DNA of 64,000 nt from Ginglymostoma cirratum (lineage: Eukaryota). Below are positions 1-64,000 of this stretch, in pieces. The notes beneath the pieces were generated by a model. The model ran no database searches. It saw nothing but the letters and a program-made list of their open reading frames with translations, and was not told the origin of the DNA. The translations under genes and the position numbers were made by a program. The stretch covers positions 3,474,601 to 3,538,600 of the forward strand of contig JAHRHZ010000036.1 of assembly GCA_024137785.1 (NCBI GenBank), in the 5' to 3' direction. Each line of letters starts with the position of its first letter. The first letter of the stretch is position 1.

Positions 1-325
1 CACACCCCCATCTCCTATCTACTAACATCATCCCGCCCCCCTTGACCTGTCCGTCCTCCCTGGACTGACCTATCTCCTCCCTACCCCACTACCTACACTC
101 ACCTTTACTGGCTCCATCCCCGCCTCTTCGACTTGTCTGCCTCCTCTCCACCTATCCTCTCCTCTATCCATCCTCTATCCGCCTCCCCCTCTCTCCCTAT
201 TTATTTCAGAACCCTCTTCCCCTCCCCCATTTCTGATGAAGGGTCTAGGCCCGAAACGTCAAGTTTTCCTGCTCCTATGATGCCGCTTGACCTGCTGTGT
301 TCATCCAGCCCCATGCTTGTTATCT
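1..325 (+). mobile_element. Penelope-like element terminal repeat with minimal hammerhead core (233-260)
   Basis: C/T-rich tract then CTGATGA-A-GGGTCTAGGCCC-GAAAC-GTC; same family as 53420-53778. Confidence 0.7.
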
Positions 326-329
326 AGAA

Positions 330-1340
330 TTTCAGAAGAAAGCAGTGATGGGGGTCCTCTCTCAGAGTGGGTGGTACATATAGGAGCACTGTCTGAACTT
401 GTGGGAACAATACTCCCTCTCCACTGCAGCTAACCAGGTAGAAGGTAGTCTCTGTGGTGCTGCACGTGGCAGAATTCTGTCCCATTTCTCACTCCGGCGC
501 CATGCTCATCACCCAAACCAGTTTGCATTTTATCTGGAAGTCTCTGGATAGACAGCGTCCGCAGGGACACAACGTACAAACTTCTTGAAAACAGGGGCAA
601 TATTCTTAGCTAACACTGCCGTCATGACACATACCCAGTGTCACTACGTGCTGAGGATGCCCCAGTCTCCAGTGTGGTGAAGGATGGTTCTGGCCTCATT
701 GCCTGAGGAATGGTCCAAGTAATTGGACTGTACCATAATAGCTGTTGTTCGTGGAGAAGTTGATGCAGAAACTGAGTTTTAGTCCAGTAGACAGTGGTCA
801 GCACATCCTCAAGGTCCTGATGGAAAAGGGCATGCTAAATCCTGTTGAATGGTTGCCCGAGCAGATTATCAAAGTAATTTGGTGGAACATCTCTACACCA
901 GAACTTTCAATCAGCAAGACATAGCTTGGTTGGTTGGGAGAAAGCTCCCGGCATAAACCCTTCCTACATGTCTGAAGTGTCACCCCTCTGCACATTGCCC
1001 TTGACATGGCTAAGGCAGGGAAGAGAACTATTCTGGAATGTGCCTTTGGAAAAGAGGTCTGGAGAGGAATGCAGTGTTTTTTTTTCTTGAGATTCAATCT
1101 GAGCAGCCTCATGCTGCAAGACTTTCATGCTCCATGGGCTGTTTTCAGGTACACACAGAGAGATAAACATCAGCTGCATCTGGACAGCCGTAAAGCTCTT
1201 TGGTTTGCCTGAACCTTCCAGGTGCAAGGAGTTGTCCTTGTCTGAATGTTGCAGACTAGGATAGGCCAAGGACCAGGACTTCCTGCTGAGGGATGCACCA
1301 AAATTTGGGGCACCTGGTACCAAAGTGGTGGGCAAAGGTC
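330..1340 (+). mobile_element. Degenerate Tx1/L1-clade LINE ORF2 3' part
   Basis: zf-RVT-like remnant ILECAFGKEVWRGMQCF; frameshifted. Confidence 0.6.
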
Positions 1341-1569
1341 ATTGTCTGCAGCATTTCAGTCTCAATACTCAGAGGCTGAAAACTGCAGGAACCCTTGAGC
1401 AGTGTGTCTTGTTTAAAAGAAGTTGTGAAGATCAAGAGTATTGAAAACGTACATTTTCCATAAATTTTAATTTGAAATATGTAGCCCTCAGGTTGTTTAC
1501 CTGTCATATATATTTTAGATGTCAAATTTATTACAATTGCATTGAGTGTATCATGCTGTGTAAAGTTAT

Positions 1570-3600
1570 AAGACCATAAAACGAAGCACCAAAGTGGGCC
1601 ATTCAGCCCCTTGAACCTGTTCAGTCACTAAATGAGATCATGGCTGATCTGATAATCCTCAACTCCACTTTCCAGCATAAGCCTTGATTCCCTTACTGAT
1701 TAAATATCTGCCGATTTCAGCTTTGAATATTCTTAATAGCCAGCCTTGATTACTCCCTATCGTAAAGAATTGCACAAATTTACTACGCTCGAGAAGAAAT
1801 TCCTCATCTTTGTGCTAAATGGATGAGCCCTTCCTCTGGGACTGTGTCCCTGGTCCTGAATTTACCCATAAGGTTAAGGAACCTCTCCGCATCTAGGCTG
1901 TTAAGTCCCCTCAGAATCTTACATGCTCCAATGAGGTCACCTCATATTTTTCAAAAGACCGATAAGTCCATGCCTAACCTTCACAACCTCCCATTAATTC
2001 TTCCATATCTCAGATGATGGCCATAAGTTATCGGAGCAGAATTAGGCCCTTCGGCCCATCAAGTCTGCTCTGCGATTCAATCACAGCAGGTATGTATCTC
2101 TATCCTATTCTTCTGCCTTCTCTCCGCAACCCTTGATCCTTTTACTAATCAAGAACTTGTTTATTTCTGTCTTAAAGACGCTCAATGATTTGGCCTCCCC
2201 AGTCCTCTGTGGCAATAAGTTTGACAGATTCACCACCCTCTGGTGAATCTCAGTTCTAAAGGATTGTTCGTTCACTCTCAAGATGTGCCCTCAGGTCCTA
2301 GTCTTTCCTACTAGTGGAAACACCTCCACTTTCATTCTATCCAAGCCTCCAGATATGCTGTAAGTTTCAATGAGATCCCCCTCTGCCTTCTAAACTCAAT
2401 GTATAGATCAGAGTTCTCAACCACTTCTCCTCATATGACAAGCTCTTCATCCGCAGGTTCATTCTTGCAAAACTCCTTGGACTCCCTCCATCACCAGTAC
2501 ATCCTTCCTTAGATAAGGGGCCCAAAACTACTCACAATATTCCAAATGCAGTCTGACCAGGGCCTCATGCAGCTTCAGCAGTACATCCCTGTTCTTACGC
2601 TTTTGTCCACTTGAAATGAATGCTAACATTGCATTTGCCCTTCTAACTGCCAACTGAACCTGCATTTTAACCTCTACAGAATCCTGAACTAGGATTCCTA
2701 AGTCCCTTTGTGCTTCAGATTTCTGAAGCCTTTCCCTATTCAGAAAATAGCTTATTATCTCTATTCTTTTTAGCAAAGGGCATAACCTCTCACCTTCTCA
2801 CGTTGTACTCAATCTGCCACTTCTTTGCCCACTCTCCTAACCTGTCCAAATTCTTCTGCAGCCTCCCCGCACCCTCAACACTACCTGCCCCTCCATCCAT
2901 CTTCACGTCATCTACAAACATAGCAATAAGCCTTCAACTCCTTGGTCCAGACCATTCACGTTTAACGTAAATCAACCCAGTGAACTTTCTCTGGACTGTC
3001 TCTAAAGCAGCGTATCTATCCTGAGATCAGGGGATCAAGACTATTCACAGTATGAACAGGTGTGGGCTAATTAGTGCCTTGTATAACTTTAGCAGGACTT
3101 CCCAACTTTTATAAACCCTTTGAAATAAAGATCAATTATTTAGTTTGTCTTACTAATTGATTGCCTGCTGAACTTGTATACTAGTGTTTTGTGATTTGTA
3201 CAGGAGCACCCTTAATCCCCATGTTGTTGCTTTCTGCAGTCTTTCAATAATTAAATAACCTACAGCTCCTCGCTTCTTCCTGCCAATGTGCATAACTTCA
3301 CATTTTCCCACGTTATATTCCATCTGCCAAATATTTGCCCACTCACCATAACCTGTCTGTATCCATCTGTAGAGTCCTTGTGTCATCCTCATCTAGAGTC
3401 ACGGAATATTAAAGGCACGGAAAGAAAGACACACTTTGGCCTATCATGTCTGCAGTTTTAGTTTTATTTTTCCACCTACTTTTGCATCATCTGTAAACTT
3501 GGTGACACTTCCCTCATCCAAGTCATCAATCAATATTTTGCATAATTGTGGTTCCAGCACTGTGGCACTCGGCTTGTTACAGGCTGCCATCCTGCAAATG
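1570..3600 (-). mobile_element. Nested CR1 LINE 3' fragments
   Basis: QRDLGILVQDS...ALVRLHLEYC, WQMEYNVGKCEVMH, KFTDDAKVGG (CR1 RT C-terminus). Confidence 0.85.
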
Positions 3601-5720
3601 TCCCCTTCATCCCTTGGTCTTCTTTTAACTAGCAAATCCTTGACCAAGACTAACATACTGCTCTCAAAACCATGCGCAGGTGCATGTTTAACATTTCTTG
3701 GAGTGCTTAAGTTTTGAAGGATTGCAGAAAATGGATTTATTTCAAATTTTGTAGAAGTGCCTGGAGAGGTTTATTTAAAGTAAGTCACTGAAAGTTAACT
3801 GTTGTATATTTTTAATGCGGATTCCTTTAACAAGAATATAAGGTGATCAGAAGTAGCTGAGAATGTGGAACTTGGAAGTCAATCAGCCATGATCTTATTG
3901 AATAGACTAAGCTTGAGGGGCTGAATGGCCAACTTCTGTTCCTAATTTGTATTCGGGTTGTTTCAGTAACATAGCTTCATTTCAATTTCTGAATGACTGA
4001 ATATGATTTTAGACTGTAAGTCTGTTAACTTAGTCCTTGATTCAGTTTACAGCATTTTTCTTAGCTTTTCAATAAGACTTCATCAGCATGCAATTCCAAA
4101 TGTGTGCCACGATTGCATTCTGAAGTATCAAGTAGAATTTTACTATAAAATGACATTTTGTTGCTTATTTGCCTCCACCTATAGCAGGCACTTGTCAGAA
4201 TCGGAGGTTGAGTGAACAGATATGAACCTGCACAGTGCTACAGACGTTGAGCTCCTTATCAATTCACAACAAAGTGAAATAACAAAAATATGCACTGGGT
4301 CAGAAATCCAACCATCATAGGTTATATTTACTGTCAACATGTAGTTGGTTTGATAAAGACCAGGAGAAATCGATCGACCACAGATTGTTACTGAAGTGGA
4401 AGAGTTTCTGGTGGACGTCTGACTACACAGTCAGTAAGTGGTCTGATGTCCAAACAGAGAGACAAACAATTTGCACTTCATTGACACAATAAGATAAAAA
4501 AAAAATCAGGTTTGCAGTGAAAGGTAACTGAAGCCTTTGCAGATAGATTTAGAATTGCTTAAATCTACATTTACTTTATGAAAACGTTTATCTGTATTTT
4601 TAAACTCTGGCAAAGCTCAGGCCATTGTACCAAAATTAATTCTGCCTTCATTACAGAAAGGATCAGCTATAGGACAGAAGAAACTCATAGCAAGGTGCAA
4701 CTACCATGACAATATGGCCATACTTCAGAATAGATTATCCTCCAGATAAACCTAAGACTCAAAAATACAAGCCATAAGCTGTATCACTCTAACCTCTCTC
4801 CTGCAGAGGACAGAGTAGGCAAAATGTAATCTCAAAGGTGATCTTGGTTACTTGGTCAGCGCTAGTATCACACTTTAGCTCTTGTTGAAGGGGATGAGAA
4901 AATACCAAGTTGGTCCAAGCAGGAAAATAAAACAAAAGGTATGCAAGTAGGAGGAGCAGGATTAGACCACACAGAAATCTGAGAACCCAAGAAACATAAG
5001 ACAGATGAGGGGAAATTGTCAGTGGAAATGTTACATTGCTCAAGGAATGATGGCAGCAATACAAAAAGACAAATGCTTTTTAGCCTAACAAATAACTAAA
5101 TTAACTTAGTTTTGGAACAGTTAAATTCCAAAATGCTTGACAGCCAGAGCTGGCATATCAATAATCCTGCTTCCAAATAAATTACTCACTTAACAATCTT
5201 GAAATTAAGTTCAAGAAAAACGTTCCTTTGGCTCAAAAATGATCAAATTTCCTCCGTGGTCCTAAAATACACAGATATACATAAATAAAACAGACAGGGA
5301 GGAAGAGAAAGAATCTACATAGGTCATTCCAAAGTGCTTCGCAGCCAATAAAGTGCTGTCACTGTTCTACAAACTTTGAGTACAGCTCAGCGAAAGAAGT
5401 TTAAATAAAGATTCACTATTGAATAAAACTTGGTGTACGTTGTACGATGGATGTGAAAATTTGAGTGTGTGGAAAAGATACATGAGAATTCGGTTCCAGG
5501 AACGATGAACTTCATTCATGCATAAGTTAGTGATGCTGCTGTTACCCATGAAAAGAAAGGTTGAGAGGTTCGATAAGTGTTCAAAATTGTGAGGTCCGGA
5601 GAGGGAGAAAACTTACTTTGATCATCAAGAATCAGAAGGGACTTGGTGTCAAGTGACTGGCAAAAAATTAACAGTGACATGAGGAAAAATGTTTTTATGC
5701 ATCAAGTGGTTAGCATGGAC

Positions 5721-6626
5721 TGTGAGCTAAAGATGACCTTTGGACTGTGGGTAACAGCTTGTGTTAAAAGACCAAACAGGCCAGAAAGTTAGTTGCAGGT
5801 TGGTTCCCGATCAAAAGGCTCTATAGACGCTTCGTCACCAGGGAAAAGCATTATGTTTAAACAGATAGCAGAAGCTGGCTATTAATGAGGTCAGTACCTG
5901 GGAACTGGTTCCTGCAAGTCTGGAGAAGACCTTGTGTTCAAGCAGATGGCAGATGTTGAATGGTAACGGAAACTTTGCGGAGGAGATGATCAGTCTGTCA
6001 GGGAGTGGTCAGAGTTTGAATTGGGTTTTGGACTGTGTTTTCTATGGAGGAAGAGTCTGGCTGTTGTGCTATGGGTGAAAATTTGAAAGCTCCCTGCCTA
6101 ACCTCTCTTCTCAGCTCCTGGAAGTTCACAGAATAGAAATTCAAGTTATAAGAATTACTGCCTTTTACCTGGGTGAAATGGAAAAGTGATGCTTATGGAC
6201 AGTTTCAGAAAAATCAATCAGGAAACCATCATCTAAGCCTGTGGGATAACACATCGTGAAAACCAATTACATAAGCTGACCAGTTTTGTTATTTTATTTA
6301 TCCCTTAACTGCGTTTGTCTGTCGGTCTTTTGTGTGAATGAGGCTGAGAACAAAGGTTTTTGGGTTTTTAGCATAAACCAATTAATTACTTGACTTTGCT
6401 CCACTAAAGTTACTATTATTAATAAATTGTTAAGTCTTTTGTTTAAGATACAAATTAATGTATGGAATTGATTATTTTCAGAATCTGGGATTGGTTATGC
6501 AGAAATCTATTTAGAAACCCTCTAAAGTCAATTTTGAGAGTCTTTGAAAGTTTTAATTTTATTGCGTTATGAATACAAAGGTTGAAATTCTGATTTGGTT
6601 CAGCTGTCTGCCTCTGTGTTATAACA
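5721..6626 (+). mobile_element. Possible solo LTR
   Basis: TGT...ACA termini, internal AATAAA (~6421), truncates a CR1 fragment; no TSD seen. Confidence 0.3.
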
Positions 6627-6629
6627 CCA

Positions 6630-6748
6630 TGCAGGACTCTCCTTGCCCTCCCCTGAGGTGTGGTGACCCTCACGTTAAACCACCATCAGTTGTCTCTCTT
6701 TACTGAGAGCGGCCCTTTGGTCCAGTAGTATTATAGCAACTTTACCTA
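6630..6748 (+). mobile_element. SINE 3' part (same family as 54377-54561, minus)
   Basis: ctgaggtgtggtgaccct...actttacc shared with the inverted copy at 54377-54561. Confidence 0.55.
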
Positions 6749-6809
6749 TGATATTAAAAATACTGCACCTCATATTAGTGATGTCCATTACCCTTGTAAT
6801 CAAACACAC

Positions 6810-9800
6810 TGGAAGGAAAAAAGATAACACTTTATTTGGTCATGTGAAAAAAGCATCAGCTGCTTTATTTAAATAAACCAGATCCTTTCATATGGAAAGA
6901 GCTATTACAAATCACATATTTGAAAGGATAAACAATAGGTACTGAACTGTAAACCAGAGGCCAGCATACACTCAAACAGTTCAAGCCTCATTAATAAATA
7001 ACTCCTCAGTGTACACAACATATCCACTGTCTGTCCTTTCAAATATCAAATCTACACGAAAAAAACAAGAATAGATAAGGCCAAAAGACTAAGATGCACG
7101 TTTCTGGTTATAAACAAACAAAATGTTCCATGTAAATGTCTATAAAGCAATCTTTTCGGAGCTTCTAACTCTTATTGGAATAGAAGTCCAACTTTATAAA
7201 AAAAAATTATATAAAAGGATACAGAGCCGGGGATCAGAACATTCGTAAGATATATACTCAATAACACATCAGGAAAGCATAGAGAATGTAAAAATGTCTC
7301 TGCTTCCCATCTTATAACAGGTTCCGATATGTATTTGATTAATCTAGTCTTAAACATAAAAAGCATCAACTATAATACACTTCTCCCTTTCTGGGAGAAC
7401 AAGCTTCTCTGAAAACAAAATAAAAAATCATTGAACTGACAAAGGTTAAGATGTTCAGCACCACAACAGGGGCATACACGCTATGAAAATGTTGAAAGTG
7501 AACCTGCATCAATTAAAATCATGCTGAATATCTTTACCGCACAGGATGCAACAGTAAAACACAGGGGGATTGAGGGAGATCTTTTCCTCAAATCGCGGAA
7601 ACTCCCGTCCGAAAACATACTTGGATTTTTTTTTGCTTCACAGCGGTAATTACCACACCTTCGCTGCCTGCAAATAACTCGTTAACTGAGCCACTGTACA
7701 TTATAAAATCAAAACAATTAAAAACTTTAATAACTACATAATGCTGTACAATATTTAAGTCATTCACTTGACAGCAAAGAACTAAATCGGACACTTTGCA
7801 AGGGATTAGTTAAGGAAGATATAAGCCAACAGATTTCTGAAAACGTGCACATGTCTTTTGGCCCCACCATTACACAGAGTTGTCAGACAATATATAAATA
7901 ATTGATCACTGTGAAACATACCCTTTTTGTTGGCATATTTCTGCACATCAGTACATATTAAATAATGTAGTGTTCAGAAGAGACCATTGATTCAGAGGAA
8001 GAACTCTTCAGTGGGACAGTTTCACTGATTACACGAGCGCTCTGAGCAATGCATTAAGGGGATATCTATTTTATAGCAAAACCATTGCCCTTTAAAGAGG
8101 AGTTTTTTTTTTAAATGTGAAAGGAATCTGTTTTCTTTTATTTAATCTGCCTGCCATGTTGAATCTGAGGTGAATTATTCCTGCTTAAATAAAAAGCGAG
8201 GAGCAAGCCACAGGTTCCCTATCTACAATAATGTCAGACAGAAGCACAAAACAGTTGGGGCTGGCAGCTGTAATGTGGGCTGTGGGAGATGATTATCACC
8301 CATTTGTTGGCTAGGTTGCAACACAATCACACACACAGTGGTGCTTAGGGTTTCAGTGGCAGAAGCTCAGAGACAGAGTCTCAAGCACAGCATCACAGAT
8401 CTGTTCATTAGTACTGTAAAAGAAAGCTTGTGTGAAATCCTTAAACTTGTGGGAAAACCCCAATTAAAATGGGTTACAATGCCAACAGCACACAACTAAA
8501 AGAAAACAGATGGCCAACTGGATGGCCAAGGATCCAAGTTCCGGAGCTGCTTGCCACTTCACTCCTTCCGAACGCACCTCAGTCTACACATCTCTCCATC
8601 TCTTAGGAGGGGAGCAAAAATAAATCAAATAAAACACAGATGTCTGCACTCAGATTACAAGTGCTTCCTATGCCAATTGGGCATAGAGTTTTACCAGAAT
8701 TGTCACGGAAAGCTTTACAAATTCAGACCACTGTATGATCCATTAGCAACTCTGCTTTCCCCATTTAAAACCTGCAATTCAAACAAACTGCTTTGCTAGA
8801 ACACAGATGACGCAATTTTTACCCAAGCTCTCAGTTAAGCTGCACAGGGAAAGAGCACCATTGCTACTCTCTGAAGCTACAATAAAATCATGATGAAGAC
8901 AACCTCATTTCTCAGATGGTGGCTGTGTGTCTCAACTAAAACACTAGAACCTTTAGGGAGAATCAACAGGCTGATTAACAAATACCTACTGACGAATCGT
9001 CTAAAGGGTAGCTTTTGACAAGAGAATCCAGGTTAGCAGCTCAGGTCCTTGGTGATTTCTCTACCTAACTACAAATGATAAATGACTTTTTTCTTTGATG
9101 TTCTTGCATAGTCAATTTCAAAGCACATACTAAAGTCAATATTCTAATGAAGCTGATGAACTTGTCACATTTATAAGCTACTAAAATCGTGGTTCTTCTA
9201 GTTACCAAAGTACTGGGTTAATTCTGCCACAATTAATTTCACCATGTGACCATCAGGGTAAACAAACTTGTTGGGAAAAGAGATTAAATTTTAGATTCAA
9301 GAAATAAAATCCATAAGGACAGATTAAAGTTAGAAAAGAAGTAAATAGTGGCACTGAACGGAGGTTATGCAAAAATAGGCAAAGACACAATCAACTCCAT
9401 TCCTCCTCTTCCACGTGAAAAAACAAGCTCAATGTGAAAACTGTAATAGTTTTAAAAGAAATCTCGTCAATTGGGCTGAAGAATTGAAAGATTTAAAAAC
9501 TTATCCATTTTTTTTGGGCTCTTACCGACCACATGATTCACTGTCTCCTATCTGACCACCTTCCTAATTCTCCCTCTAATTACAAAAGAGTGTAACACAC
9601 TCAATCCATCATCTGTCGACTGTACTTAAATGACCCTCAATGCCACAGCATTGCACAATACTGATCGACACGATATTGAATCCGATCCGGCCAGCATTAT
9701 AAGAAACTAAGGTGACACAATCATTAAAATGTTAAATTGGATTTTCTTCATTAGTCCTTGAGGACTAATCAAATTAAAGAACTATTACAAGGATGACTTT

Positions 9801-11996
9801 AGTAACATTCCTGATTAAGTCCTGCAATTTTAATTCCCAAATTTAATAACTATAATCAAATATATAAAAATTATAATTTGTCACAACACCAAAGATAAAG
9901 TGAATTGGCAGCTTCCATTGCAATGAAAATATTAACCGTTCCGCCTAACTCTCTCATACCTACTGTCTACATCAGGTTCTACCTAACAACTTGGACCTCG
10001 CTGGTGACACACATGAAAACCAAGGACTCAATTCAGTCTGGAGGATGTCTGCAGTTTTGAACTGCTGTTGCAGAGTTCAGTGCGGTGCTATATTTAGTTG
10101 TGTGCATCAGAAAATCTTGGGACGCCCTATCCCTATCAGCTAATATTTCAGCTGAGACACTAGTCCGGGCTCATTAGCATGAACTTACAGCAGTATTCTG
10201 AATCAGTACAGTGGCAGCAAGAAAGTTACTGGAATCGCCCCTGACCAGAGGCAGGCGCCCAGTTGAAAGGTAGTGCACAAATCACGTTCAATACTACCGT
10301 ACAGTACTAACTCCAGTTCAGCAACACTGTCAAACAGACCAGTTTATACCAACAGAATTGATGGTGGCAAGTAAGCTGAATTAATTCCTCCCCACTACAT
10401 TTAATCTTTACAATAGAGGGTGAATGTCGACATAGGTTACTGAGCAGAATGCCCATTGTGGAACTTAAATCCTTGGATTCTAAATTTCACGACATGCGAT
10501 TCAGTCCCTTGCAGACAAATGGAGGACAAAATTCATGTTGGATGTGCGCTAGAGAACAACGTACAGTGGATGTGTAAAAATCTAAATACCAAAGATAAGG
10601 AAAGTTTACCCTTAACAGGACTATCTGCAGTAGTCTATTAATACTGATGTTAAAGTCGCCAAGTTATTGCAGGAGCCCAGAACTACATATGCACATTTAT
10701 TTACTGTATTTATCCACATGCATTATACAGGTCATGACTGAAAGCATGGTACTACCTTTAATAAATGAGTATCTATTCCTTATTTGGTGTCATGCTTCTT
10801 CAGGAAAGGATTCTTGATTTGCAAAGTCTCTCTTCTCAAAGTAGTCATAGGAACTTCTGAGCTGGATTAGAACCATTCATATTTTACACTTTAAGAAAAT
10901 ATGTGTTAACGGCCAACTTAAAATGGTTCAACTGTCTATTCTGGATATACAGCCAACTACTCCATAACCCATTCTTAATTGTTTAGGGCAAAGAGTACTG
11001 CATGAAGTAGCTTACACAGTCAACATACTCTCAGGATATAATTAACTAATTAACCAAAATTGCAGGCTAGCAAATTTGGGAAGCAATTTTAAAAATGTGC
11101 AGGTAAAGTAAGTATTATTGACATTTTTTGTTACAGCTACATGTGAATGGTGTAGCCTTAATCCTGCACGTGTAAATGAACAGTAAAAGACTATGGAATG
11201 AAATAAAACCACAGCCACCACTTTATGAAGTAAAAATTCTGCTGTTATTGTAATTTAATACTGTTTAATGTCGTGCTGCACTGCTGAGCATGTACAAAAT
11301 GTGACGCTTTCAAAACCTTCTGCTATATGAGTTTTACCTGTCAGTAAAGAACAAGCTAAAACAATTTGTCCTGAACAGCCTTATTTTCTGTACAGTGTGC
11401 CCAAAACAAATATAAATGGAGTATAGAGTGACAACGTACATCTGTGTTTGCCTGCATGGATGTCAAAGGCACATATTACATATGCCACCTCTGATTTTTG
11501 TCCCCCATTCATAAAGTAACTGGTCACTCAAAGTTAGGTAATGCATCAGGTTTTGATGCAGTGACATCAGGCGCACCACGCTGTGTAGGAAAAGAAAACA
11601 ACGCAACATGCCAACAGTCAGAACTCAAATACAATTGTTCTGTACAGCCAGACTACACCACTTCAAAAGGATACTCTCTTGCCTTAGTGGGGTGGAAATC
11701 TTGAATTCAACTGTGGTTATCGAATTAAGAGTTATTCTCCAATGAATAGTAGAAAAACCTCCAAGAGTTCACATTACCTTGCACTGGTATCCGTTTTACT
11801 CTCTGCTTTGTCAAGACTGAGCAGCAAATGAAACATCAAACCTTTTTTAAAAAAAAATGAAGTCTTAGCATTCCAGAAATCCCAAGTCCATTCTGATTTT
11901 TATATATAGATATATATCAATTTTTTTTAAACTGCGGGGGATCATTATGCTTCCCCCATCTTCCACTTTAATGCCATGGTGCTCAATTGGTCCAGT
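6810..11996 (-). other. PRRC2B: Long 3' UTR of PRRC2B
   Basis: ~5 kb with no recognisable TE, continuous with the last exon and ending at tandem AATAAA signals. Confidence 0.6.
6831..6869 (-). terminator. Tandem polyadenylation signals (AATAAA x2)
   Basis: tttatt on + at 6831-6836 and 6864-6869; U/GU-rich tract follows on the minus strand; repeats resume below ~6750. Confidence 0.55.
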
Positions 11997-63199
<51,203 letters not shown>

Positions 63200-64000
63200 C
63201 GAGTATGGTGGTTGTTTTCAGCACCGCTGAGAGCGTGCCGCTCACTGAGGAATAAAACACAGAAATGTTACTCAGAAAAAAGCTTCATTCCCCAATTTTA
63301 ATCTGAACACAGTAAACCTACCTACTGCTGTTCCCTAAAAGAAATGACAACAGTGAATATAATCCAAGGGCTCCGAGAGCAGCAAAGACTCATCAACAGT
63401 ACAATACAATAATTCCCCATGCTAAGTCAATGCCTTGATCACTGAAGATAGCGCTCAACCTGACTAAAAGCTGATGCTGGAAATAACTACATCAAATGAA
63501 GAATGGTGTCATCATGGCTGTTACTAGCCATAATACCACAAATGGCTGAAAATTTCCCAGACTCAAGTTTATAGCCCTTCTAGAGTACACAGGCTTACGT
63601 TAGTTGCTCCTTACTATTCTTTGTGGTTATCTCTTGTGACAAGTATAAACGCGTATTGTATTACTGATCCTGAACAGCAGATAGGAATTACACAAAAGGA
63701 AAGCAAATCAGGAAGCAGACTAGAAGAACCTTTCGGATGCCCTTCAAGTAACCTTCACTGCCAGCAGACTATATCATTAGCTGAATGCCCCAGGGATCTC
63801 CTGACGCACCTCTATTCAAACCTTTGCCAAAATATGAACACAGCAAGCGTGACATGCAAGTGTTTCGAGTAAATACCGTCTCACTTTCCCTATCCTTCCA
63901 ATGTAGGTTTGTCTTGATGCAATATAAACCATGAACCTCAACTGGAGGTGATCTAGGCCATCAATGAAGCACAACAGGCCTAAAGGGGTTGGTACCCTTC

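Noticed and set aside
1-6750. Neighbouring gene downstream of PRRC2B
   Set aside because: Only repeats and non-coding sequence recognised; no supportable exons.

Overview
Eukaryotic genomic DNA from a cartilaginous fish (shark-type SINE, CR1 and Penelope repeat content), with two N-gaps. The window holds the whole coding region of PRRC2B (BAT2L1) on the minus strand. I traced 32 GT-AG coding exons with consistent phases from ATG 63183 to TGA 11997 (about 2416 aa), followed by an apparently TE-free 3' UTR of about 5 kb. The first exon and promoter lie beyond 64000. Two intronic SNORD62 box C/D snoRNAs support the PRRC2B call. Introns and the downstream flank are filled with CR1, L2, Tx1, RTE and Rex1-like LINE fragments, tRNA/Deu SINEs and Penelope-like elements carrying minimal hammerhead ribozyme cores. 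The most interesting observation is a spliced 146-codon overlapping ORF in the -1 frame across coding exons 2-6, with a strong Kozak AUG. An overlapping uORF and a hairpin-masked 37-nt candidate exon lie in or feed the same frame, suggesting a dual-coding or autoregulatory system in a gene whose product promotes leaky scanning. The stop codon also sits at a normally conserved Arg, followed by a decaying vestige of the family C-terminus. Comparisons with human sequences are from memory and need checking; repeat boundaries are approximate.
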